The notes: generated by a model not told the origin, from the letters alone. Positions 11,715 through 24,074 are shown, counted from the first letter of the stretch. The stretch is DNA of 64,000 bases from Macrostomum hystrix (GCA_950097015.1 CATNEN010000003.1:10478001-10542000); one strand, 5' to 3'. Program-made: numbers and translations.

Positions 11715-14700
11715 CATGGATGAATAATATAACTGGATCGCCAGAAGCTCGATTTTTTTGGTCCTAGCCATAGACAAGCACCAGCATCACAAGAAGCTCA
11801 GAATGCCGTACTTTCACACATAGACAAATTGCCGCTGCAGAAGCTGCAAACCTTTATTTATAAGTATACTTAGTAGGATAAGTGAAACTATTGCAAATGT
11901 GAAGGCAAGCAAAGAAGAAAACGAATATGTAAGGGAATTAATACAAAACAGACACGAAAGCAGGCAAGTAAGCAAACAAGCACGTAGACAGACAGCAAAC
12001 AAACAAACAATAAAAGGCGAAAACAAACAGCCAAATGAGTTGCAAGCAAACCGCGCAAGACAAAGGAGAGTCAAGTAAAGACAATAAATTCAAGGCGTCA
12101 CCCGCACAATGCTAATTTGAAGTCACTGACCCATGAAAATAATTTTTTTTGTTAGCATCTGACGCACAGTTGTTGTGTTCACAGCGTTAAGCCTCCGAAG
12201 TACATGCCGCAACCGAATGCAAAGATATTTCTTAGAAATCGCCTGCACTAGAAAATATTGATGGTTTTCTTCGGGTGCTCTATTGCTGCAAACGTGAGCG
12301 AAGAGTGACAACTCGATACCCTGTTGGATGCAGATTGGAAGTAGACGATCGAGTATGTCTAGAGACAGTTCGTCAGTTCTGACTCCTTTCACAGCCGACT
12401 CGCAAATGTTCGCCAGTCGGCAAAGTGATGCTGATGGTCGAAAAAGACGACCGCGATCTTTGAGAGTAGTAAGCAGGTTGGTGTGCATCTCGCAATGAAG
12501 AGATGCCTTGCAGTTTTCGCAAGACAGTCTGTTTGTAAGCCATCTGCCAATGAATCCAGCGATGTAGCAGCCGACATTCTGGCTAATGAGGCTGAGTGCT
12601 AATTGCGGTGGATCCTCGATTTCATCTTGTACACTGGCAGAAGCAGAGGTGGAGAGTCCAGGCGGAGGTGAAATCTGTGTCGAGAGGGACCAGTGCCCGA
12701 CAGATCCAGTCCTGTGCGCCAAAATCGCCCGATAAGCGTACCTGAACTGCTGAACGTTCGGATTGTTATTAAAACCACCTCTCTGACGAATCTCACCAAA
12801 GAAGTGTTCCAGCGGATCTTGGCATAAACGGTACGTCAGGAGGTACTTAAAGCAAGCAGACGGCTGATAGAAAATGTCCTGAAGTAACAGCTTCAGGGCT
12901 GTGATATTGTTGCAATATCCTACAGCCCATGTTTTTCGCCGACTCTCAATCAGCGGTACGCCATTAATCGTGTAGAGGCTGCGAATGTAGTCGCGCGCCT
13001 CATCGAGAAACGCGAATGTGGTCGAAAGGCTTGCTTGCGACTTCCAAATGGGACCTTTCCAGCCTGACGCCGACGGAGTCCTGCAAAAAACGGATGCAAA
13101 TTTAAAGGCCATGATTGCGCGTCTTTATGCTATTTTGGTTTAATATACCGGCTCACCTCGAGTTGAAGATGTCGAACAGATGGTCCATCAATGCAATAAA
13201 GCGGACCGTTTCATCACAATTTTGGAAATCCGAAACTCCAAGCTCCTTTAGGAATGTGAGAGCGTCAGCGACGGACGAACTGATTGTCTGTGCAGCCAAG
13301 CAGACCTTCATCTTGTGTCGCTGCCACAATTCAATGCATTTCTTTGTCAGCCGATTTCCGATTCGAACCCCCTCAGCTTCTTGCAGATTGTGCAATAGTT
13401 CCAGATAGTGCCAGTTGATGATGCGATCGTGAACAACGAATACTCCCAAATCGGCCAGCGAATTGCGCACCAACTTTATCAAATGACTGTTGTCAATGAA
13501 TGCGAATATGCGATCTGGTTGCGAACCGATTTGGAAATAAGGACTAGACGGCAGCTCAGCTCCAAGTTTCCTGTACGTCGCAAGGTTCGCAGAGCAACCG
13601 TCCGACACGAGCGCGCGTACAACGACGCCCTCATCGTTCATTGCGCTAATAGTACGCGTCAAAAGCTCCACTTGTTGAACCGGGGATGTTGCAGCGGCCA
13701 AAATGTAGGCAACTGGCACTTTCCACGGGCGCTGAAGATGGCAGGCCATGACAACGATTGCCTCAGAAGCAAGTTTGTGACCTAAATTTTCATGGATCCC
13801 TGAGTCACAATAGCCGACCACTCTTCCTTCGCTAGCTTCCCAACACAACTCCTTTCGAAGATGCATGCCATCAATGACTAGAGTCCAGTCGTTGCAAGCG
13901 ACGCCATCGAAGATCTGTTTCGATAGGGCTCCAACCTTCTTGACTCCAGCAATGGAAATGCCAGGCCTGCCATCCACTGCTCCAATCCAAGACCGCAAGG
14001 TTGACGGCGAAGGGAGGTGCATGAATTTTCTCAACTCTCGATATGCTTTTGGAGAGCAGAAGTTGATCCTCTCGGCGAAGTCTTTGACGTGGTTATTGAA
14101 ACCACCTGCGGTATTTCGTGGTTGTAAAGAAAACAGCTTGAGACCTTCAGAAGTCAACATTTGCTTTACATGTTTTAAGGTCGCTTCGGTACTTTTCCAT
14201 TTTGCAACGCGTGGACCAAAAGTCTTAATCGTGCGCTTCTTGTGCTTCAGCCGCATCAACAGGCGCTGTCGGGTGTTTGGTGGTGGGTCGACTGATGTGC
14301 GTGTGGTTGCCGCGCTGCAACTGACAGGCATCGGCATCTCAAACTCACAGTCTCCAGTAGCTTCGTTTGCATAAGAGTTTGGATCGTGGAAGTCAGTGAG
14401 CTCTTGCGGTTCAAGCTTAGTCCACTCAAGCTTCGGAACTGCGCCAGTCATCAGTCGCTTGCTCCTCCCATGAGCCTGCATGTCTCGCTGCTCGAAGTGC
14501 AGCTCACAAAGGAACTTACGAGCTCCGAATTTGAAATGTGGCTTTGCTTGCACATTGCTGTTCCACTGCGCTAGTCGATACGGATCACCGATTGGATAAG
14601 AAAAAAGGGTGACAGGTTTCGTGCCTTGTCCACTTTTGGATAGGCATCCGATTGCAGCACAAATTCTGACGTCCTTATTCATCTCGCGAAGCCATCTTTT

Positions 14701-14892
14701 GCCGCCCTGCATATATTGCGAGCATGTGCTTGGACATAAAATGGAATATTTCATAAATAAAGGTTTCTGCAGCGGCAATTTGTCTATGTGTGAAAGTACG
14801 GCATTCTGAGCTTCTTGTGATGCTGGTGCTTGTCTATGGCTAGGACCAAAAAAATCGAGCTTCTGGCGATCCAGTTATATTATTCATCCATG
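11715..14892 (-). mobile_element. Full-length autonomous P-superfamily DNA transposon (3,178 bp)
   Basis: Perfect 128-bp TIRs at 11715-11842 and 14765-14892, beginning CATGGATGAATAATATAA. Perfect 8-bp TSD GGTCTAAT at 11707-11714 and 14893-14900. Encodes a THAP-DDE transposase. Confidence 0.96.
12123..14682 (-). CDS. P-element/THAP9-like transposase, about 827 aa; exons 14682-13157 and 13080-12123
   Basis: THAP C2CH domain (CAAIGC...LFSYP...W...LCELHF...AVP). Catalytic motifs LVIDGM, LVSDG, DNSHLIKLVRN, QDPLEHFFG. A 76-bp intron (AG|gtgagc...ttttgcag|G) restores FDIFNSRTPSASGWKGP; 2484 nt with no stops. Confidence 0.93.
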
Positions 14893-15068
14893 GGTCTAAT
14901 TAGAAATTCTTCTTCAGTACTTGTAGCTTTGCTTACTAGATAGATAAGCAAAAATAGGCTTTTTTAATTTCAGCGATAATTCGTCCCGATGTCTATGGTT
15001 AAGACTATGAGATCTTGAAAAGTTAAATGCATAGATTAGAGTATAAGGTGCACAGCTACTCACAAATT

Positions 15069-15245
15069 GGGATAAGTGGCAGAGCGGTTAAGGCGTTTGC
15101 CTTTCGCACCAAGGTCACTGAGCTCGATTCCGCGGCGAGGCCACTTTCATTTGGGGCGGCGAGAAGGCTTGGGGGCTTGAATTACGATTTACGACCTTGA
15201 GGGTCAACATTGTGAGTGTGTGCCTAGGTGTACAGTATTTGTGTG
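15069..15245 (+). mobile_element. tRNA-derived SINE family A, partial/deleted copy
   Basis: A box TGGCAGAGCGG, B-box-like GCTCGATTCC; colinear with the copy at 36218-36575. Confidence 0.8.
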
Positions 15246-16380
15246 TACAATTTACTTCACGCCACATTTATTGTTCTGCAAACGAGCTAACTGTACGCTT
15301 ACTTGAACACCATATTTACATATTTTCAAATGAGTCAGCACCCAGCGTTTTTTAGTCTCGTTGCTTTTGCGGCGTCGCGAGATACCCAAAAAGATTTCGT
15401 CAGAAAATGTATTATTTTTGGAATAGGCGAGAAACTTTTAGACCATAAAATATGCATGCAAAAAGTCTCAGTCATATAAGCATCATAAAAATGTCTGTCT
15501 CAGATGGGAGATGGGAGCAATGTGCCGCTTAGTGTTTAACGGTGTCCTACTGAATTTTTTTCTACAGAACATATACCGTTTATACGAATTTAATTCCTAC
15601 GGTAGAATACAAATGATAGAAAATAATACATTGCGAAACATAATGTCTCAAATCCACAACTTCTAAATCGAATGCAACCATGATTCCGAATTAAAGTTCT
15701 GAATAGACGGAATCACAAAATACGTTATTTTATTTAAAACGAAAAAAATATATGAGAATATAAATATTTCAGCAAGTAAAAAAACAAGTATTGTAAAAAG
15801 TACTCATAAACAAATCCTCTTATGAGCTGAACACAAACAAGTAAGATCATATGACACTATAATTACTAAGTTTTTATTTCTCCTTATTTCAATTCATTCT
15901 TTCAATGATTTTTTTAAGAAACCCACTTTTATTTGTAATATAATGTATACTACAACATTATTACCTTAACTAGGTTTTGTTAATAGTTTTCCAGCACCTC
16001 CAGCCATTTAAATGTACATTGACTGCAGCCACCTCACGCCCAACGATGTCTTATCTCTCTCCCCATCGGCTCGTGGCTTAAAATTCTATACAAGTGTACT
16101 TTCTGCCCCCCGGTGCACATTTAAGCGCGTCAGCCATCCGTGAGCGTTGATTGGCTAAAGCGGATACCACCCCATGCCACCGTCTCACAACTTCCCCAAA
16201 ATACTAGATCCATTGTATGAAAATCCAAAAGAAAAATTGGATACAGGGATTTTCGAAGAAAAACGAGAAAGCGTTTATGGCGCAAAATGGCTGCCTAGTG
16301 AAGTACAAAGGCTAATATAATATTAGGGATTCGAAAAAAGCACACACAGCTAGCCAGCTAACTCCCGGAATTTGAACCAA

Positions 16381-19300
16381 TCAAGCAGCTCTTTCTTCGT
16401 CCTTATCAGTCGGAGACAGCAGCGGAACCTCAACAGTCACCGGATCGGCGCAGGACCTCTTGTTCTTGTTCTTCGCTTGCCAACGCAGCAAGCAGGGCAG
16501 CGGGAACAAGATGGCTCCACTGAATAACATACAGGCGCCGCTCATCATGTAGGATATGTTAAACGACCGCGTGCGATCGAACAAAGCACCTGCGAAAAGC
16601 GTAGTTTCTACTTCTAGATCGAGAGGTCAGAAGTTCGAATCCCCGAAACCAGAAAGCGAAGCAATTTGTTACCCTTGAGCAAGACTCTTGAGTTAACTCA
16701 GTTGTAATACGGATACCAGCAATGCTCATGTAGAAATTAGGTCCACGGACTGAAAAGCACCTTTAAGAAGTTTTAGAAGCACCTGTGAATAGTTGCTAAG
16801 GGGGGCTAAGTGGCAGTGCGGTCTAACACGTTTGCCTCTCGCACCAAGGTCCCTGAGCTCGATTCCGCGTCGAGGCCACATTAATTTGGCTTATCGAGCA
16901 ATTTACGCCCTTGAGGGCCAACCTCAAAGGCACAGTTAAGAGAGTACACTGCCTGACGATGAGAAAGTTAAGGCAGATGTACACACCTGTGTTTTCTTTG
17001 CTTAAAAATAGAATGATTTATGGCGATAAATCCATTAGCAACAGCAACAGTCTCACCTGCTATGGGTGGTCCGGCCACAACACCGATCGCCTGGAACAGT
17101 AGTGTGATGCCGAACGAATCGCTGAGTTGGTCCGGGCCTAACAAGTGCGCAAGCACCGCTGGAGTCAGTGTAACGTAGGCACCTGCGTTGGGGAGTGTTG
17201 GGTCGTTCCAAGTGGCAACCACATTAATTATAATTATAATAATTGTAATATTGCTAGTCTAGCCTCTCAGTGGGTGAAGGAGTAGAATGGATTGCTAGTC
17301 TAGCCTCTCAGTGGATGAGTAGAATGGATTGCTAGTCTAGCCTGTCAGTGGATGAAGGAGTAGAATGGATTGCTAGTCTAGCCTCTCAGTGGATGAAGGA
17401 ATAGAATGGATTGCTAGTCTAGCCTCTCAGTGGATGAAGGAACAGAATGGATTGCTAGTCTAACCTCTCAGTGGATGAAGGAATAGAATGGATTGCTAGT
17501 CTTGCTAGGCTTAGCTCGTACTAGGACAGCTGCAGTCTCGCAGTCTCGGCAAAGTTTTCAATGTACTTTGCTAGCTTTCTTGTTAGCTGTGAATCTTGTT
17601 ACCATAAAAAATGCTTTTGTATAGAGAAAACGAAAGTTTTTACGACCACTGACCCTGACTACCTTATAAGGATCCCAGTTGCACCGGAAAAGAAACTGTA
17701 CTTCATTTTCTACCCCGGCTTTATTTTCTAACATTTAAAATGAAAGAAAATGATGTCAAGATCAAAGTTAAAACAAAAATAAAAGATCTAAAATATACAA
17801 GCACTGATAAAAGAGCAAACAAACAAACAAAAGTATAAAAAAATAACTAAGACAAGGACTATGTTAAAACAAAATTAAACAATCTAATTAAAAATTTAAA
17901 ACCGAAGAAAGCACAAAACGACGTCACCTTGACAAGAAATAAATTGAAAGATCAAAACCGAGCTGTCGAACTTACCAACAAAGATGCCGAACACTGCGCA
18001 ATACACAGCCATGAACTCGTAGGTCTCAGAGATGAAGCTGAAAAACAGGGCCACCCCAGCGATGGTCAGAGCCGAGGCGTACAGGGCTGTCTTGTGCACT
18101 TCCGGCCGGTCCGACACAAAGCCGAACACGAGCCGGCCAACAAAGTTCGCCACCCCAATTACTGACAGCAGAAGGGACGCATTTGTTTTTGAATAGCCAG
18201 CTTCCTGAGCTCTGTCTGGTGTGAACAGAAATGGAGCATCGAAGCCAATGTTGAACAGCAGATTTGAGGCGAGGAACAATAGAAAGGCTGGGTCTTTCAA
18301 CAGGTCTATCGGAAAAAATTTCTTGGCTTGTCTTCGGATGGCGTCCAACAATGAAGCGTTGGTGTTGCTGTTTGAGGAAGTTTTGTTGTTACCCAGATCG
18401 GCCGGCTCCTCTGCAGCCACGGCAAGGCTGAGGGCGCTCGCCGCAATGAACGCTGATCGACTAGCCAAGATTAGCGGCTGTTGCGCCTGATCGCTAGTAG
18501 CTGTTGGAGCGGCTGGCTTAGACAACTGATCAGCGCTCAAAGCTCGCTGACGCGCCCGTGACTGCGCCTCGGCTAGGCCCGGATCGCGACTCGGAGCCAG
18601 GTGCTGAACTGAACGGAATTCACACTTGGCGCCTTTCGGCGGAGTCGATTTCGCGTCCTTCTCTGCTTCAGCGTCGGCTGGCTGTTGCTGACCAATTGTC
18701 GGCTTCGCTTTTGGCAGCGGTCTGAGCACGCAGCCGAAGACGGCGCAGTTGAGCACAATGCCAGCTAGGATGAGCATAGCACCTCTCCAGGTGTACTCAT
18801 CGATTAAGTAGTTGATGATTGGGCCAAATATAAAAATACCTGCAATGATACGCGCATTCGTCTTGTAGAACATTGCTTATTATTCCTAATTTGAAAGGCT
18901 CGCCAAACTCACCAATCCCAGAGCCACAGACTGCGATGCCGATGGCTGTCGACCGACGCTTGTCGAAGTAGATTCCGACACAGACAATCGCCGGCAGGTA
19001 CATCAGACTGATTCCGAATCCTGCAATTGTGTTTTTCTACGATTTGAAATCTTTGCTGAAAGTGTTGAAATATTGATTAAATTTTTTAAATATATGCTGA
19101 CAAGTTCAGAATCTTTACTGACAAGTTCAGAATCTTTGCTGACAAGTTTGGAATCTTTGCTGACAAGTTTGGAATCTTTGCTGACAAGTTTGGAATCTTT
19201 ACTGACAAGTTCAGAATCTTTACTGACAAGTTTAGAATCTTTACTGACAAGTTCAGAATCTTTACTGACAAGTTCAGAATCTTTGCTGACAAGTTCAGAA

Positions 19301-20793
19301 TCTTTACTGACAAGTTCAGAATCTTTGCTGACAAGTTCAGAATCTTTACTGACAAGTTCAGAATCTTTACTGACAAGTTCAGAATCTTTACTGACAAGTT
19401 CAGAATCTTTGCTGACAAGTTTTGAATCTTTGCAGACAAGTTTGGAATCTTTACTGACAAGTTCAGAATCTTTGCTGACAAGTTTGGAATCTTTGCTCAC
19501 AAGTTTGGAATCTTTGCTGACAAGTTTGGAATCTTTACTGACAAGTTCATAATCTTTGCTGACAAGTTTGGAATCTTTGCTCACAAGTTTGGAATCTTTG
19601 CTGACAAGTTTGGAATCTTTGCTCACAAGTTTGGAATCTTTGCTGACAAGTTTGGAATCTTTGCTGACAAGTTTGGAATCTTTGCTGACAAGTTTGGAAT
19701 CTTTGCTCACAAGTTTGAAATCTTTGCTGACAAGTTTGGAATCTTTGCTCACAAGTTTGAAATCTTTGCTGACAAGTTTGGAATCTTTGCTCACAAGTTT
19801 GAAATCTTTGCTGACAAGTTTGGAATCTTTGTTGACAAGTTTGGAATCTTTGCTGACAAGTTTGGAATCTTTGCTGACAAGTTTAAAAGCTTTGCTGACA
19901 AGTTTGGAATCTTAGCTGACAAGTTTGGAATCTTTGCTGACAAGTTTAAAAGCTTTGCTGACAAGTTTGGAATCTTTGCTGACAAGTTTGAAATCTTTGC
20001 TGACAAGTTTAAAAGCTTTGCTGACAAGTTTGGAATCTTTTCTCACAAGTTTGAAATCTTTGCTGACAAGTTTGGAATCTTTGCTGACAAGTTTCGCAAT
20101 TCGCTGGCAAGATTAAATATTTGCTGACAAGTTTATATTGCTGACATCTTTTTGAAAGTACAGAAAACTTTGCTGACATCTTTGCTGACAATTTTTTGTA
20201 TTTTCAAACCTAAATTGTATGTCAGATGATTCAACTGGCTTGTTTTCTTGACAGTATTTGGTTTGGGAACTATCGTGACGTAGGCAGCGGGTATTTGAAA
20301 CAACCTCAGGGTCTTTCCTAAGGGTAAAAACAAAAAAATAACAAACCGAAGAGTCAAAACTAAACTAACCCGCCACCAGGCTGATGGTAATTATGAACAT
20401 CCACGGCTGTGTCACAAAGTAGGACACGGCAAATCCTAGCCAGGCCAGCGCGGCCCCAACGATGGTCACCGACCGGTTGCCGAATCGTTGACAAGCGGCG
20501 CTAACGATTGGTCCCGAGCCGAGGATGACACTCACCAGCACCGAGGTGATCCAACCGTTCAACTGTCGAGTTGACCCCAGGCAGTCAACAAAATCCGCCG
20601 CCAAGACTCCGAACGCGTAGGTGATTCCGTCCATCACGACGTGGATGAAGAAGCTGGCTGCTACGATCACCCACCCCCAGCCACCGTCCGGCGCCTTGAC
20701 TGCATCTTCGTTGTTGTCATTGACAACGCCCGGTTTCGATTCCGAAGAATTCTCGACGTCTTTAACGTCGCTGTTGACTGCCGGTTGAGACAT
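16381..20793 (-). CDS. Monocarboxylate transporter (SLC16/MCT, MFS), about 576 aa; exons 20793-20370, 19020-18913, 18839-17976, 17182-17057, 16589-16381
   Basis: MCT signatures APDGGWGWVIV, YFDKRRSTAIGIAVCGSGIG and WRGAMLILAGIVLN. Four phase-1 GT-AG introns; 1731 nt in frame. Confidence 0.94.
16600..16790 (+). mobile_element. Degenerate tRNA-derived SINE family B copy in MCT intron 4
   Basis: B box GTTCGAATCC. CCCTTGAGCAAGAC, GATACCAGCA and GTCCACGGACTGAA match segments of 35555-35805. Confidence 0.6.
16800..16992 (+). mobile_element. SINE family A, 3'-truncated copy in MCT intron 4
   Basis: tRNA-like head plus CCCTTGAGGGCCAACCTC...GTACACTGCCTGACGATGAGAAAG shared with the other copies. Confidence 0.85.
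17251..17500 (+). repeat. 41-bp dispersed minisatellite family, array 1 (MCT intron 3)
   Basis: (GAATGGATTGCTAGTCTAGCCTCTCAGTGGATGAAGGAGTA)n, about 6 units. Confidence 0.95.
19095..20190. repeat. 21-bp minisatellite (GCTGACAAGTTTGGAATCTTT)n in MCT intron 1
   Basis: Direct tandem units; source of the SKDSKLV/LESLLTS ORFs. Confidence 0.96.
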
Positions 20794-20856
20794 GCGGTGC
20801 TTTTGTAACAGAGGCTTTTCTGTCGGAGAAAAATAAACAGTTGTGCATGGCCTCAA

Positions 20857-20864
20857 CTTTTATA
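20857..20864 (-). promoter_or_regulatory. Candidate TATA box (TATAAAAG) for the MCT gene
   Basis: Consensus TATA about 65 bp upstream of ATG 20793, in a GC-richer context (CGCGCTATAAAAG). Confidence 0.4.
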
Positions 20865-21629
20865 GCGCGAGGTCAACTGAAATGGCCATTTTGAACAACT
20901 CGCTCCGCGCCCCACCTCCATGCCTTCCTATAGCTAAGAAGCCTGCGCTGTTTTCTGTACTCTCAGCAGCTACCTTTCGGAGCGCAGAAAAAAATAGTTT
21001 ATTCATGTTTCATGGCTATAAAACATATATTTATTGGGTCCTCTATTTCAGAGTCTAGTTGCGAAGTATTAAACTTCTCTCTCCCTCGCAACAACGTTCA
21101 CCCTTCTTGACCGTCAAGCCCACACTTGAAAAATTGTTGCATAATTTTCAATTGAATAATTTTAACAAAAAAATGGATAATTGATTTTTTGTAGTCTATT
21201 AATTATTTCAAAGCAAAACGGTCTACTGAGCACAATCTAATAATTTGCAGCTCTTCATGAAAAACAAAACTGGTAAATTCTGGTTTTAGGGCTATTGTCA
21301 AGAAGAGAGAAATATTTATACATTTTTATAAGACTTACTGATGCAGCTATCACACTCCAGCCTTGCGTGATGCTTATGCGAAAACACCCCGTTGTACTAT
21401 GCTCAATCTCTTAAGTGTCTGTCAGTCGGCAAGCATGCGTAAGTCTATGCTCAAATGTAAGAACTCAAATTAAGGAGCCCTAGTGCTTTACCTTAGTCTG
21501 TTCTCCATAGAATACAATGGAGGGCAAAAAGATGAAGTCTTTACTGAAACAGTATAAGTTGAGTTTTAGACTGCATTGCTAGATTGTATGTTGCAATAAA
21601 GATAATGCTGAATGATTCTAGAACGGACG

Positions 21630-22530
21630 GAATGGATTGCTAGTCTAGCCTCTCGGTGGATGAAGGAGTAGAATGGATTGCTAGTCTAGCCTCTCGGTGG
21701 ATAAAGGAGTAGAATGGATTGCTAGTCTAGCCTCTCGGTGGATGAGGGAGTAGAATGGATTGCTAGTCTAGCCTCTCGGTGGATAAAGGAGTAGAATGGA
21801 TTGCTAGTCTAGCCTCTCGGTGGATGAGGGAGTAGAATGGATTGCTAGTCTAGCCTCTCAGTGGATGAAGGAGTGGAATGGATTGCTAGTCTAGCCTCTC
21901 AGTGGATGAAGGAGTAGAATGGATTGCTAGTCTAGCCTCTCGGTGGATGAAGGAGTAGAATGGATTGCTAGTCTAGCCTCTCAGTGGATGAAGGAACAGA
22001 ATGGATTGCTAGTCTAGCCTCTCAGTGGATGAAGGAACAGAATGGATTGCTAGTCTAGCCTCTCAGTGGATGAAGGAGTAGAATTGATTGCTAGTCTAGC
22101 CTCTCAGTGGATGAAGGAGTAGAATGGATTGCTAGTCTAGCCTCTCAGTGGATGAAGGAGTAGAATTGATTGCTAGTCTAGCCTCTCAGTGGATGAAGGA
22201 GTAGAATGGATTGCTAGTCTAGCCTCTCAGTGGATGAAGGAGTAGAATGGATTGCTAGTCTAGCCTCTCAGTGGATGAAGGAGTAGAATGGATTGCTAGT
22301 CTAGCCTGTCAGTGGATGAAGGAGTAGAATGGATTGCTAGTCTAGCCTCTCAGTGGATGAAGGAGTAGAATGGATTGCTAGTCTAGCCTCTCAGTGGATG
22401 AAGGAGTAGAATGGATTGCTAGTCTAGCCTCTCAGTGGATGAAGGAGTAGAATGGATTGCTAGTCTAGCCTCTCAGTGGATGAAGGAGTAGAATGGATTG
22501 CTAGTCTAGCCTCTCAGTGGATGAAGGAGT
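21630..22530 (+). repeat. 41-bp dispersed minisatellite family, array 2 (between the divergent MCT and Dmrt genes)
   Basis: About 22 units of the same 41-mer. Confidence 0.97.
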
Positions 22531-22872
22531 TCTGCTATTTATGCAATTTACTTTCACTTTGCACTTTGTGTTTCAAATAAACACAATGCGTCACGCGAAC
22601 CATCCTACTGACCAGTAGTAAGCATTTCGGCTGGTATCTGATCAATAGAGTTTCGGATAGCGGATGCATTGTAGGAATTGGTGGGATGTCGTTTCCAATT
22701 TAAATTTTAGAATCAAAATTCTAAGTCATCTGAAAAAATAGGCCAATCAAACAAGCCTGCACGGTGTCCAATCGAATCTAATATCCAATCCAATACAAAG
22801 TATTTAAAGATAATATTTCTTAGAAAAAAGCATCGCTTCCAGGAACCATTTCTACGGTCTGACCAGCTCGCA

Positions 22873-23976
22873 ATGAACCCAGACGCAACCGAAGCTTCAT
22901 CAGCCTCCCAGACTCCCTATCTAGTGGGCAACCTGGATCCAGCTATCACTCGCTCCCTAGTAAAAATGCTGCGACCCGCTTTGCTCGGCCAGCAGCAGCA
23001 GCAGCAGCAGCAGCTAGGCCAGTCTGGCAGCATTCCTAGAAAGCCGAAGTGCGCCCGCTGTCGCAATCACGGCACGGTGAGCTGGCTGAAGGGTCACAAG
23101 CGTCATTGTCGATATCGGGACTGCCGGTGCGCCAAGTGCGGCCTGATCGCCGAGAGACAGCGGGTCATGGCGGCGCAGGTGGCGCTGAAACGACAGCAGA
23201 GCGCGGAGGACGCTGTGACAGCTGGACTGCAGTGCCTGCAGGCTGCTGCTGCTGCCGCTGCCGCTGCGGCCTCCGCCACTTCATCGAGTCAGCAACTTGG
23301 CGGTCAGGAATCCGTTCGCGAAATGATGTCATTTGAACCAGAAGATGGTGAGTCGAGTCCTAGTTCATTATTTTATTTTCTGTTTAAGAAGATATTGAAA
23401 CAGTTTAAAAGAATCTGAATTTAGAAAAATGTCACGTTGCACAACGCAATTCCGCCAGGCCAAGCTGACCATTCAGTTGACGCTCCGTTGTCGGTTGAAG
23501 GCGCTTCAGCGGCTCCAAAACTTTTACCACCCGATCCAAATCAACAATGGAGAGCAGCTGACAGGTTATCCGAACAATGCGTCTCCAATCAGCCCAGAAT
23601 TGCACCTCATCAGGTTCTGAGTCGGCTGTTTCCTGCGCTACAGCCGGCACTGCTCTGCCGTGTGCTCAACGATTGCCACGGTGAGCCGTTGAAGGCGATC
23701 GAATTTCTGCTGCTGTCCGGGGCGGAGTTTCTTAGAAACGGTGCCAACGAGCAGCCGATTCCTTGCACAACCGGCTCGCCGAGCTTGCTGCTGCAGGCTG
23801 CTGCTGCTGCTGCTGCTACCGCTGCAAACACCACCCACCACCCACTGGGAATGCTGCTTCCTCTGCCACCAGATGCTAGACAATTTTGCTGGCCGCTGAT
23901 GCCGCAGCAGGCGCCACCTGCTCAATCGCATCCGTCGACATTCTCCATATTCAACAATGGAGTCGGCCCCCAATAA
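22873..23976 (+). CDS. Dmrt93B: Doublesex/mab-3-related transcription factor, Dmrt93B-like (DM + DMA domains), about 330 aa; exons 22873-23347 and 23459-23976
   Basis: DM domain [54 protein letters not shown]; SWLKGH and ALKRQQ are typical of the 93B class. DMA domain VLSRLFP...[17 protein letters not shown]. Phase-1 intron gtgagt...ccag. Confidence 0.9.
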
Positions 23977-24074
23977 CTGGCCGATGAAGGACGGAGTGAA
24001 ATTTTGAAATAGACAACCGAGTTTGCTGTGTTTCTAGCTTTTTTAGATCCTTTTAGATTTTTTGTCGTATTTAG

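Noticed and set aside
12123-14778. Transposase as a frameshifted pseudogene, or as a domesticated THAP9 gene
   Set aside because: A canonical 76-bp intron joins the ORFs, and intact TIRs plus TSD show it is a mobile element. The ORF start at 14778 is a non-ATG codon inside the TIR.
19003-20191. 263-aa SKDSKLV heptad ORF
   Set aside because: 21-bp array within MCT intron 1; the flanking exons join in frame without it.
21630-22530. CRISPR-like appearance of the 41-bp, 33-bp, 35-bp and 47-bp arrays
   Set aside because: No unique spacers, no cas genes, eukaryotic context.
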